Source: an uncultured cyanobacterium
GTDB taxonomy: Bacteria; Cyanobacteriota; Cyanobacteriia; Cyanobacteriales; Microcystaceae
Assembly (NCBI GenBank): GCA_963807635.1
Contig: CAWEDJ010000036.1
Coordinates: 1 to 64,000 of the forward strand
Direction of reading: 5' to 3'
Length of the DNA stretch: 64,000 nucleotides
Translations under genes and position numbers: made by a program
Shown: positions 10,011 to 20,176 of the stretch, in pieces
Layout of the letters: every line of letters begins with the position of its first letter
How positions within the stretch are numbered: the stretch's first letter is position 1
Notes under the pieces: model-generated
What the model saw: the letters and a program-made list of their open reading frames with translations, nothing else
The model's database searches: none
What the model was told of the DNA's origin: nothing

Positions 10011-11493
10011 CTACCTGTAAATAATTAGTTGATGATTAGGTAAAATGAAGAGAAAACAAAAAAACAGATTGTCTTAAAAAAAGGAGTAAAAAGGATGAAA
10101 GTGACGGTAGAATTCGTGATTCGTAACGAAATGGGAAATATTCTCAGCCAAAACAGCCCATTTGCAATGGAAATAGGAACCCAAAGCTTACATGACATAG
10201 AAGGAGGTGTAGAACAGATGAAACAGAAAGTATTGCCTGAAATAGAGGCAGCCTTACTGGCGCAGGCACAAAACGAGTTCACGGAAAAAGTAAAAAAAAC
10301 TAAACTTGTGGTGTAATGGTACGAGAAAAATCTGTATAAAAACATTACACGGTCAGTTTGAGTTTTACTTACAAAAGTATCAAACGAATAAAAAAGAAGT
10401 TAACTATTTTCAGTTATCGGAGCAATTGCAGGAAAGATTTGTGAGTCAGAGATTAGAGGAATTATGCGGTTATTACGCCAATCGGCTCAGTTATGAGAAT
10501 TTGGCTGGATTAGTGGAGCGAGTAACAGGAGAAAACTTATTGAGTGACCAGACCATTTGGGGAATAGTGAAAGGGAAAGCCGAAACCTATAGCCAGCAAA
10601 TCCGACAAACTGTACAAGAATCATTAGAATCGACCACATCTGAGCAGATTCAGATAAAGAAAAGCGTAGAGATTTATAACGTAGAGGAGTCAGAAATTCT
10701 CCTATTTGACGATGGTATTCAAGTCAAAGGACAAAAGCCTGAGCGTAATTCGCGTAATGAATCTACTGCCCATACTCCAAGTCCAGATACCACCAAGAAT
10801 AAGACTCCCGCCGTCATTACCGATGTAGTAATGTTGCAAACACCCAAAGGGGGATTTGAATATCTCGTTTCTCCTTTTGATACTGAGGTAGAAGAACCGA
10901 TAAGTCTTGCGACAGTCGTTAGAGCGAGAATTCTCGACCTCTATCAAAAGGAATCAAAACCGTTGAATATTGTTGCTATCACCGATGGGGCAAAAGTCAT
11001 TCGCCATCGCCTCTTGGCTATCTTTGGTGTTTTACCTGTTGTGATTTTAGACTGGTATCACCTATGCAAAAAAGTGCGAAATCTGATGTCTATGATTGCT
11101 TTCAACAAAGAAGAAAAATCCAATCATGTCAAGTTTTTACTCTCACAATTATGGCATGGTCAGACTGATATTGCCCTCAACTACTTAAAACATCAGGTTG
11201 TTGCTCGCAATAACAAGGTCTTGTTGGAACTTATTGGTTATTTGGAGAAACATCACTCAGAAATCATCAACTACGAAGGTCGGCGAAAAGTCGGTAAAAG
11301 TATTGGTAGTGGTCGCATTGAAAAAGGCGTAGATTTGGTCGTTGGTCATCGTCAGAAAAAAAGGGTGTAAGTTGGAGCATGAATGGTAGCAAGGCTTTAA
11401 GCTTTCTCAAGGTAGCTGAACTTAATCATTGCTGGACTTCTCTTTGGTTTCCTGCTCAATCTTGTTAATCATCAACTAATTATTTACAGGTGG
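10011..11493 (+). mobile_element. ISKra4-like (IS256-related) element, 1483 bp
   Basis: 28-bp IRs C(T/C)ACCTGTAAATAATTAGTTGATGATTA; 8-bp TSD GATTTATT (10003-10010, 11494-11501); transposase motifs DGA, LDWYH, IGSG.IEK. Confidence 0.9.
10095..11468 (+). CDS. ISKra4-like transposase, split at an A8 run (10292-10299) and an A7 run (~11356)
   Basis: ORFs 10095..10316 and 10306..11370 join at the A8 run; one extra A in the second run gives RQKKKGVSWSMNGSKAL... Confidence 0.8.
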
Positions 11494-12691
11494 GATTTAT
11501 TTGCGGGTATAGGTGGTTTCAGGATTGCTTTTGAAAACTTAGGTGGTAAATGTGTTTTTTCTTCAGAAATTGATAAATACTCAAGACAGACTTATCAAGC
11601 AAATTTTAATGATATTCCTGAAGGTGATATTACACTAATACCAGCAAATCAAATTCCAAATCATGATATTTTAACAGCAGGTTTTCCCTGCCAAGCTTTT
11701 TCAATAGCTGGGAGAAGAGAGGGATTTGAGGATTCTAGAGGCACTCTTTTTTTTGAAATTGCTAGAATTATCAAAGAAAAAAAACCAAAAGCTTTTTTTC
11801 TAGAAAATGTTAAAGGTTTAGTTTCTCATAATAAAGGTAAAACGATAAGTCTTATTTTAGATATTTTGAGAAATGATTTAAACTATTTTGTTCCAGAGCC
11901 TCAAATAATTAATGCTAAAAATTTTGGCGTTCCACAAAATAGAGAGAGAATATTTGTTGTTGGTTTTCGTAACGATCTAAATATTAATTCATTTGATTAT
12001 CCAACTCCTATTCAACCTATACCGACCTTTATTAGTGTCAAAGAAGAACAGCCTGTTTCAGTTAAATATTATTTGTCTGAAAAATATTTAAATACTCTAG
12101 TAGCCCATAAGCAAAGGCATAAGGACAAAGGTAATGGTTTTGGTTATGAAATTATTGAGGATAACGATATTGCTAATGCAATTGTTATAGGAGGTATGGG
12201 TAAAGAAAGAAATCTTGTCATAGATAAGCGTCTTGAAGATTTTACTCCTGTGACGAGAATTAAAGGCAATGTAAATCATGAATATGTAAGAAGAATGACT
12301 CCGAGGGAATGGGCTAGACTACAGGGATATCCCGATTCATTTAAAATTGAAGTTTCCGATGTACAAGCATATAAGCAATTTGCTAATTCAGTTGCTATAC
12401 CTGCAATTCAATCTACAGGTTATAAAATTCTTGAAATGCTGTACAATCATAGTTGTTTACTCAATTAATTTTAATAAAAAGTTATGGCTAGAGCGAAAAA
12501 AGACAAAAAAGTTAAACTTATGGATATTGAAGAGCTAAAAGAACTTTATACTGTTAAACAACAAGAGTACGGAGTTGATGCTTATCGGCATATATCAGAA
12601 TTACTAAATGAAGCAAAAGCAATTCATAAGGAAGCCTGGGAAAAAGAGAATCCCAACGGTAATCATGGCCAATCTTGGAATGCTATTAAAG

Positions 12692-13862
12692 CAGAAATGT
12701 TGAATTCTGTAACAAAATTTTACATTTAAAGACGTAGTAACCCCAAAACGACAAAATTAGCTCGCACAGACAATCTTCCTGAACCAGTGTACATAGCTCG
12801 TATGTTGACACATAAAACTCTGTAAATATCGCAGTTTATCTAATAAGCTTTTTCCAAACCCTTCCTCAATATCTATTAGTTGTAAAATCAAGTACCCTAT
12901 TATGCAGCTATAAATTTGTGTTCTTATTCCATTCTCGTTCTTCGTTATTAAATTGTCTAGTTTTAGGTGCATTTTCAAGAATTTCCACAACAACTCTATT
13001 TGCCATCTTTGTACATATATTTCTGCTATTTCTTCATTACTTACTGCTCCCTCTTCTTCTGATAGTAAATCTGTTGCTAGTCGGAATTCAGTTCTTTCTT
13101 CTAGGTCACAAAACATTACCACTCTCACTTCTATTGCACCTTCTTTCCCAACTTTACACTTTCCATTTTCTAACATTTCTAGGGTTACATTGTTTTTTAT
13201 TCTTAACACAAAATGCTTCTCTTTATTTTCCAATAATTCTTCAATTCTTTTAATTGATGAAAATCCTCTATCCATTACTCCTACTGAGTTTTCTGGAATT
13301 GATTCTATCGTCTTTTTTCCTTCTTTAGAGTCATGGCCTTGACCAAAATTGATCACTATTCCTCCCACTTCGCTTGTTATGCTATTTAGTCCACAAAATA
13401 ATTTTACTTGATGCCATTTTTCTTTCCATAATAGTTTACTTGTTAACGTGATTACTGTTGAATCAATTGGAAATAAGGCTCTTGCTTTTTCTACTCCTTT
13501 TTTAATTGACAATCTTTTGTTTAGGTCAGCAATAATTTTCTCAAATACTCCTATTTCTCTAATCTTACTCGCCTTGGAAAATGTCGATAGTTGTACATTT
13601 ATTCCTTGGAGATTCATCCTCGTACATAAGTCTCTCATGCTCACTAGACTTTTATCTAATGCAAATCCTATCCAACACGACACAAATAAAAATGTATTTA
13701 GGACGGGATAATCATTTTTGGGCAATGGCTTCAGAATTTCTTTGATCAGTTTGGGAAATTTTATTGACATAGCTTTAACTCCTTGTTTATTCTTACTTTA
13801 GCTTTTTATGCTATCTATAATACTCGATTTTCTTGGAATTTTTTCAACGTTCAACACTTCTG
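12692..13862 (-). mobile_element. IS4-family element, 1171 bp
   Basis: IRs CAGAA(A/G)TGTTGAA; 8-bp TSD TATTAAAG (12684-12691, 13863-13870). Confidence 0.92.
12757..13770 (-). CDS. IS4-family transposase
   Basis: IDST, MDRGF, Y..RWQIELLWKFLK (YREK motif). Confidence 0.92.
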   Translation of the reverse strand: MSIKFPKLIKEILKPLPKNDYPVLNTFLFVSCWIGFALDKSLVSMRDLCTRMNLQGINVQLSTFSKASKIREIGVFEKIIADLNKRLSIKKGVEKARALFPIDSTVITLTSKLLWKEKWHQVKLFCGLNSITSEVGGIVINFGQGHDSKEGKKTIESIPENSVGVMDRGFSSIKRIEELLENKEKHFVLRIKNNVTLEMLENGKCKVGKEGAIEVRVVMFCDLEERTEFRLATDLLSEEEGAVSNEEIAEIYVQRWQIELLWKFLKMHLKLDNLITKNENGIRTQIYSCIIGYLILQLIDIEEGFGKSLLDKLRYLQSFMCQHTSYVHWFRKIVCAS

Positions 13863-14455
13863 TATTAAAGGTCATCGTTTAGAATTATTAATTCGCCACA
13901 TAATCGTACAACAAATACAGTTATTAGGGTTAAAAATTATAGAAGGTAGAGAACTGATTAAACAGACTATAAAGTTAACAAATGAATTGCAGCAAGTCAA
14001 GCGAAATTTAGTTATTGATTATGGCGAATTTGGGATGCACTTACCTGATGCCGATCTTATTATTTATAATCCTGAGAACTATCAAGATATTATTATCCTT
14101 TCTATTAAGTCAACAATGCGTGATCGAGTTGCTCAAACTGGGTATTGGAAACTTAAGCTAATGCAGAGTCCTTTAACAGAAAAGACTCTTGTTTATTTTA
14201 TTACCCTTGATGAAGATGGAGATTTAAATAGAACAAAATCCTATAGAAAGCCAAGAGCAATTGTTGAGGTTGACACGGATAGCTGTTATGTTTTAACTGA
14301 AGAAACTATTGAAATTAGTGATAATGTAAAAACTTTTGATAGATTTATTAATGATGTAGAAATTTGGTTGTCTGAAAGAAAAAGTGATATTCAGTCATCT
14401 TGAACTGTAAGGTTTTGTTGCGAGATTCAATGTTTCATATTCTAACAACAAAAAA

Positions 14456-15931
14456 TCAGCCTTTATGAGCAACATTTCCCAAGGGCAAGAAAATTGTTAA
14501 AACTTCCTCTTGTTGCGATCGCTGACGGACAGTTAGCTTGCCACCGAGGGCTTGAAAAAGACTTTTTGTCACATCTAAATTAAGACTGAGACAACCCGTT
14601 TCTGGCTGAAACATTAATAAGTCGCCCAAAGCTTTGAGAGGATTAATTTGACAGATAGACTGGGTATGAAACTGCACTTTTAATTGATGGCCCGCCGTGC
14701 TAACTTTGAGCCGAATCGCGCCCCCACTGGCCAAACTACGGACAAATTTTTCAATCAAACCCGTTAAAACCTGATCCAACATCGCAGGATTGCTGACGAC
14801 CTGGGGAAGTTTTTTCGGTAAATCGACGGCTAATTCTACTTCATGACGTTGGGCCTGATGTTGCCAGCGAGGAATACTATTTTCAAAGACCTGATCGAGG
14901 GAAATCGGGACTAATTGCAAGGTTTTTTCTGCCACAGAAGTCGTTTCTAGTTCCGTTGCTCGGAAAATTAATTCCATGCGATTGATTTGTTCCGTACATT
15001 CTTAATCGATCGCCTTGAGCCGTTGGATTACCTCTGGGGCAAGTTCCTTACGACGCAATAATAAACGGGTCATTGTGCGAATACTGGTCAAGGGAGTGCG
15101 AATTTCGTGGGTAAGAGCCTGTAGTAATTCAATATCAACAGAATGCTGACTTAAACTCGGTTCTTCCTGATTTTTCTCAGAATGAGTTGAGGGGAAAATG
15201 GAACGGGGTTTGGTGTTGGGGATGGGCAATCCAGGCAATTGTTTTAATAATTGACGACTAAACTCCATCACTAGGCGATAATCTGGCGTAGGAGGCGCAA
15301 ATTCCCGCACTAAACGGTCTAATTCAGATAATTGCGGTACGTGGGTCAGAGCTAAACGCGATCGCAGCGTCAACCATCCCTGGTGAACCACATCGGGATC
15401 AAAGGAAAACTGAAAAGTTGCTAAACCCTGTTCATCTTCCCCGATTAACATCAATAAACCAAAGTCTTTCGTTAACAGCAGACAAAATTGTTCTTGAGTG
15501 AGGGGATCTTGGGGAAAAAGCGGCAATTCAATGGTTTTACAGTCAATATTATTTAATTCTTGTGTTCCATTTCCCAATAATTGAAACGGTAGGGGAATGA
15601 AATGTTTCCAAGCCTTGGGCGTTAAAATACCGCTATACAGACCCGATAACAGGTCAGGATGGCTTAAAATCGGCATCGGCCCTGCTAATAATAAACCCTG
15701 GGGATTTGAGTTTTCTGCTGTGTATCCTTGGGTAAGGGGTAATAATAATTGTTCCAACGCCGCGATCGCCCCAAACCAGTCCCGTTGAGCTTTTAATTGG
15801 GCAAGTTCTATGACGGTGTCTAAATCTTGATCAAAGGAGCAAACAACAGAAGGCGAAGGCGTAGAAAAGTTGCTTTCACTCCCATTGAATAGGTCACTCA
15901 GCTTTAAATTTGCTCCATTTAACACAACCAT
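14456..15931 (-). CDS. hik2: Hik2/CSK-type sensor histidine kinase with an in-frame TAA at 15002-15004
   Basis: GAF-like DPLTQEQFCL region and H-box THEIRTPLTSIRT; AID*ECTEQINRMELIF joins both ORFs in the same frame. Confidence 0.8.
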
Positions 15932-16121
15932 AGATTTAAAACCGCCAATAAAATCCTCTGTCCTATGATAATAGACCCAATCCCTCAAAATTTCCTAGCC
16001 GTAGAACCGAACTAAGGGAGTCGCAATTTCCCTTTGTTGATTGTCCTTTGGCGATCAGTGATAATAGGAAAAGAATCGGTGAATCGATAAATCCTTCCCT
16101 AGCTTTCATTTTTATTCTTCA

Positions 16122-16568
16122 ATGTCATTAACTTCTAACTCTCTGCCCGCCAATCTTGCCAAAATTGTGGAACGCTTTCAACGCCACACCGATCCTAAAA
16201 AACGCTATGAACAATTGTTGTGGTACGCCAAAAAATTAGATGCCATGCCAGAGGAGGGAAAAATTCCTGAAAATAAGGTTCATGGTTGCACTTCCCAGGT
16301 CTATATCACGGCGGATCTAAGGGAGGGAAAGATTTGGTATCAGGGCGATTCGGACGCTCAATTAGTAAAGGGTTTAGTGGCTCTTTTGATTCAGGGTTTA
16401 AATGGCCTCTCTCCCGCAGAAATTTTAGCCCTTACGCCAGATTTTATTGAAGCAACAGGATTGCAGGTGAGTCTAACCCCATCTCGCGCGAATGGTTTTT
16501 ATAATATTTTTAATTTGATGAAGAAAAAAGCTTTGGGATTTCAGTTAGGAGAAAGTGTTTTATCTTAA
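16122..16568 (+). CDS. sufE: SufE-family Fe-S cluster assembly sulfur acceptor
   Basis: KVHGCTSQV, GDSDAQLVKGL, LTPSRANG. Confidence 0.92.
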   Translation: MSLTSNSLPANLAKIVERFQRHTDPKKRYEQLLWYAKKLDAMPEEGKIPENKVHGCTSQVYITADLREGKIWYQGDSDAQLVKGLVALLIQGLNGLSPAEILALTPDFIEATGLQVSLTPSRANGFYNIFNLMKKKALGFQLGESVLS

Positions 16569-16636
16569 GTTTGGATTCTGCGATCGCTTGAATTCGATAA
16601 AATGGTGAATAGGGAAACATTAGGGAGATAAATTTT

Positions 16637-17278
16637 ATGGCAACTACATCAGAAGACGTGTGGCAATTATTAGCAGAATTAGCGACTGCTCAAAAGGAAA
16701 CTGAGCGACGACAGCAAGAAACTGACCGACAACTTCGGGAAACTGACCGACAGCTTAAGGAGACTGGCCAACAAATTAAGGCAACTGACCAGGAGCTGAA
16801 GGAGAGTACTCAACAACTCAATCGTCAAATCAAAGAATTAGGCAAACAAATTGGAGGACTTGGTGCAAAATTTGGTAGCTTTACTGAAGGATTAGCTCTT
16901 CCCTCTATGGAAACGATTTTAAGACAACGTTTTGGGATGGAAATTATTAGTCCTAGTGTACGGGCTACTAAAGAAGGTCAACATCTGGAAATTGATGTTC
17001 TGGCCTATGCCAATGGTTCTATTAACACTGCCTATATTGTCGAAGTTAAAAGTCATCCTAGAGAAGACTCGATTACCCAACTTAAAAATATCCTGCAACG
17101 GTTTCGACTCTTTTTTCCTGAACACAAAGATAAACAACTCTATGGTATTTTAGCGGCTGTTGATTTATCTCCTATTTTACAGGAAAAAATTCTGCAAGAA
17201 GGGCTATATGTTGCGCGGATTCATGATCAAGTTTTTGAAATCGATAGTCCTGAGAATTTTTGTCCCCAAACTTTTTAG
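16637..17278 (+). CDS. DUF3782-type coiled-coil protein with a PD-(D/E)XK-like C-terminus
   Basis: ETDRQL heptad repeats, IGGLGAKFGSFTE, EIDVLA...IVEVKS. Confidence 0.75.
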   Translation: MATTSEDVWQLLAELATAQKETERRQQETDRQLRETDRQLKETGQQIKATDQELKESTQQLNRQIKELGKQIGGLGAKFGSFTEGLALPSMETILRQRFGMEIISPSVRATKEGQHLEIDVLAYANGSINTAYIVEVKSHPREDSITQLKNILQRFRLFFPEHKDKQLYGILAAVDLSPILQEKILQEGLYVARIHDQVFEIDSPENFCPQTF

Positions 17279-17387
17279 TTTTTACTTTTCAGTGTTTTTG
17301 GAATTTGGATTAGAAAATCGAGGAGCGATCGCATTTTTATAATTAACGAAATTCGCCCCTAGCAGTTGAAGGAAAAGAGAGTATCCT

Positions 17388-17744
17388 TTAAGCTTCAATA
17401 TCAATTAATATCTTGCCGTCTTCTAGACGAGTAGGAAACACCTTAAGATTTTTTTCAGAAGACACTAAGCTCATGGCTTTACTAACAACGGGAGGCCAGG
17501 TAATCCATTCTTCTACGGCTCCCGAACAGAGATTAAAGGAACTACGGTGGAAGGGACAGGTTATCGCGCCATTAGCGGTAATTTTTCCCTTAGCCAAGGG
17601 TAATTTCAAATGAGGGCAGGCATTTTCTAGGGCATAAATTGTTCCCTCGTGGTTGAGGATTAAAACCTTTTGGTTTCCCACCTTGATGACTTCTCTTTTA
17701 CCGACGGGGAGCGCGTCTTGGGCTAGTACGGATGTCCAAACCAT
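17388..17744 (-). CDS. Rieske [2Fe-2S] ferredoxin
   Basis: CPH...CPFH motifs. Confidence 0.9.
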   Translation of the reverse strand: MVWTSVLAQDALPVGKREVIKVGNQKVLILNHEGTIYALENACPHLKLPLAKGKITANGAITCPFHRSSFNLCSGAVEEWITWPPVVSKAMSLVSSEKNLKVFPTRLEDGKILIDIEA

Positions 17745-17846
17745 TTTAAATTATCCTGAAATTAATTTTTTAGATTGATTGGATCTAGTTTAAATCAAGA
17801 ATTGTCACTTCCTTTCAAGTGTTTTGTTTTCGTCCTGATTTTAGAA

Positions 17847-18665
17847 CTAATAACTATAGGGATCGGCAGGAGTCGGAATCGTTCTGACGGATTGGGCATT
17901 TAAAACCAGTTGTCGTTTCTGACTCTCGGATTTCTGTAACGTTTGATTGTTTGTCTTTGGGGTTTCAGTTTCCATGATGCCCTGAACTTCTAGCCAAGTA
18001 TCCTGGGGATATTGACGGCGATCGCCCTCTAGCCTGACGGGAATAGCAACGGGATAAACATCAACAGCACAACAGGTCAGGATAAAACGGGTCAATAAAA
18101 TGTAATTATCGGGTAAATCGGGGGGATGTACGACAAAACCTGTGATTTTAGCTTTTTGTCCTGCGTAAGCATCAGGTTCGGGATAGGCATTTAAAGTTCT
18201 CACCCAATCCACTAGCGATCGCTCTTCGGGTTTAGCATTTGCCTGAAAACTCTCTGCCTGAAGTTGGGTTGCGGGCAAGGTGTTACTAATGCCCCGTTGT
18301 AGGGCAACCTGACTTTTAAACACTGTGGGAGTGATCAAAAAGCCCAAAACCGCAGAAACCAACAGGAGAGTACTGGCCCAGCCCCTGGGGAAAAGGGTGA
18401 TATGGGCAACGGTATCCCTAGTTTCGGATTGTTGACGACGACCGAATTGACGACCCCACTGCCAGGCTCGGATCATTCCTAAAATGACGAGAACGACTCC
18501 TGTAAAGGTTACTAGACCAAAATAATTGGGATGGATCAGTAATCTTAATTCCCCTGTGAAAGAGTATTTTAGTAATAAAAAACCCCAAGCAAGAATAGCT
18601 AAAATATCTAAACTCGGAAAAAAGAAGCGTTTACTGAATCTTTGGATTTTTAAGGCTGGATTCAT
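17847..18665 (-). CDS. TIGR03943-like (YcgQ-type) putative permease subunit
   Basis: LLIHP, three TM segments, RFILTCCAVD, DTWLEVQG. Confidence 0.8.
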   Translation of the reverse strand: MNPALKIQRFSKRFFFPSLDILAILAWGFLLLKYSFTGELRLLIHPNYFGLVTFTGVVLVILGMIRAWQWGRQFGRRQQSETRDTVAHITLFPRGWASTLLLVSAVLGFLITPTVFKSQVALQRGISNTLPATQLQAESFQANAKPEERSLVDWVRTLNAYPEPDAYAGQKAKITGFVVHPPDLPDNYILLTRFILTCCAVDVYPVAIPVRLEGDRRQYPQDTWLEVQGIMETETPKTNNQTLQKSESQKRQLVLNAQSVRTIPTPADPYSY

Positions 18666-18730
18666 AATAAATTAATAATGATTTAAAAATATTAAAAAAT
18701 ACATAACTTTGTGATTAAATTTCTTACAAA

Positions 18731-18758
18731 GTAGGGAAATAATACATTATGTCCTTAC
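18731..18758. repeat. REP-like palindrome GTAGGG...TGTCCTTAC
   Basis: Imperfect hairpin; related copy at 62448-62475. Confidence 0.5.
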
Positions 18759-18800
18759 TAAAGATTTTGTCTTTGAGCAAAATGTAATCTGGGGAAAGAG

Positions 18801-19826
18801 TTAAAAAAAGTAGCTATGGGCAAGGGTTAACAGAAAAGTTAATTGGGCCGCTAAGACTAATAGATATAACACAAATCTGGGTTTAAAAATCGAGAGCATC
18901 AAGCCAATACTCTTAATATCAATCATGGGGCCAAATACCAGAAAGGCTAGTAAAGAACTACTGGTAAAAGCAGAAGCAAAGGACAGGGCGAAAAATGAAT
19001 CCACCGTTGAACAAACGGAAACGACTGCCGCCAATACCATCATCGCCACAATCGAACTGATACTCCCCTGACCCAATCCTAAAATAATTTCACGGGGAAC
19101 AAAGGTCTGGATTGAAGCCGCGATCGCGCTCCCGATAATTAGCATCCCGCCCAATTCTCGCAATTCCTGAATGACATTTTCTAAGAATAACTGCGATCGC
19201 TTAGGAACCGAGGGAGGGGGCAAAACTGCTTCAGTCATTAGGCTCATATCATCTACCGTCATCAGTTGACCTGGTTTATCGAGCCAAAAGGTTCCTGATT
19301 GCAAGAGGGGAGAAATCTCAGTTTGAGACGATGCAGGATTCTTTTTAGACCGTTCGGCCATGACCCGATTTAATTGCTTGACTAAAACAGGTTGTAACAA
19401 GGGACGGGAATCCTTTTGAAAACTAAAAACGCAACTAATAGTAATGGCGATCGCAAGGGAGAAGATCACCCGAAAAATCACAATTTCAGGCTGGTCTCGA
19501 AAGGCAGCCCAGGTTGACCAAATCACAATCGGATTAATCGTTGGAGCCGCCAACAAAAAACCAATGGCCACCGAGGTAGGTAATCCTTTCATCAAAAAGC
19601 GTCGTGCTACGGGAACATTGCCGCACTCACAAACAGGGAACAAAAATCCTAAAATACTACCCATCAATGCCCCTAAAATTGGATTTCGGGGAAGAATGGC
19701 GATCAATTTCTGCTCATCACTGAAAAGAAGAATGGCACTAGAAAGAAATACGCCAATGGTCAAGAAGGGGAGAGCTTCTACCAACAAACTCAAAAAAATG
19801 GTAAAAGCTTGGTGAATTTGGTTCAT
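18801..19826 (-). CDS. DUF318/YcgR-type permease
   Basis: EALPFL, PVCECG, AAPTINP, SVCSTVD, FGPMIDIK. Confidence 0.85.
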   Translation of the reverse strand: MNQIHQAFTIFLSLLVEALPFLTIGVFLSSAILLFSDEQKLIAILPRNPILGALMGSILGFLFPVCECGNVPVARRFLMKGLPTSVAIGFLLAAPTINPIVIWSTWAAFRDQPEIVIFRVIFSLAIAITISCVFSFQKDSRPLLQPVLVKQLNRVMAERSKKNPASSQTEISPLLQSGTFWLDKPGQLMTVDDMSLMTEAVLPPPSVPKRSQLFLENVIQELRELGGMLIIGSAIAASIQTFVPREIILGLGQGSISSIVAMMVLAAVVSVCSTVDSFFALSFASAFTSSSLLAFLVFGPMIDIKSIGLMLSIFKPRFVLYLLVLAAQLTFLLTLAHSYFF

Positions 19827-20089
19827 TATGGAAAATAGGTGAGGAGTTTTAGGCAATAAGCCTGATTATGATTTATCACTTATTGTATCATTAGCCCAAG
19901 ATCAACCTAATGAACCTTCCCAAGGGGATGAGGTAAATCATATTACACCTTTGTCCCAAAGTGGCAATCCTTGACTAAGTTGCATGACCTTACAAAATTT
20001 CAACCTATTAGCAAGAGAAATAGGCATTACCAGGGAGATCCCAAAAAAACATAGCATCGATTCGCTTTCTGCATTTATCATAGTAATCT

Positions 20090-20103
20090 GTAGCTTAGAT
20101 CAC
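20090..20103 (+). promoter_or_regulatory. Possible NtcA box upstream of narB
   Basis: GTA-GCTTAGAT-CAC, one mismatch from GTA-N8-TAC; spacing to a -10 box is not ideal. Confidence 0.4.
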
Positions 20104-20176
20104 ATTTTATAGCAGTCAGTCTTCCGACCATGATAGGTATCCTGTCATCACCGATTCTTGAGTAAACTCAGCCCCT

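Larger units (their letters stand above)
9844..12468 (+). pseudogene. C5 cytosine DNA methyltransferase (M.HpaII-like, CCGG family), interrupted by an IS in motif I
   Basis: GTG start at 9844 reads ...FTFIDLF, then the IS, then AGIGGFRIAF...AGFPCQAFS...ENVKG...PQNRERI...RHKDKGNGFGYEII..GGMGKERNLVID...QFANSV. Removing the IS and one TSD restores the frame. Confidence 0.92.
12484..14403 (+). pseudogene. Type II restriction endonuclease, BsaWI-like (CCGG family), interrupted by IS4
   Basis: QSWNAIK, then the IS, then GHRLE...LPDADLII...SIKSTMRDRVAQTGYWK (PD...K/RDR core); directly downstream of the methylase. Confidence 0.85.

Noticed and set aside
12484..14403. ORFs 12484..12729 and 13783..14403 as two separate genes
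   Set aside because: They are halves of one endonuclease; their extra residues come from IS4 ends.
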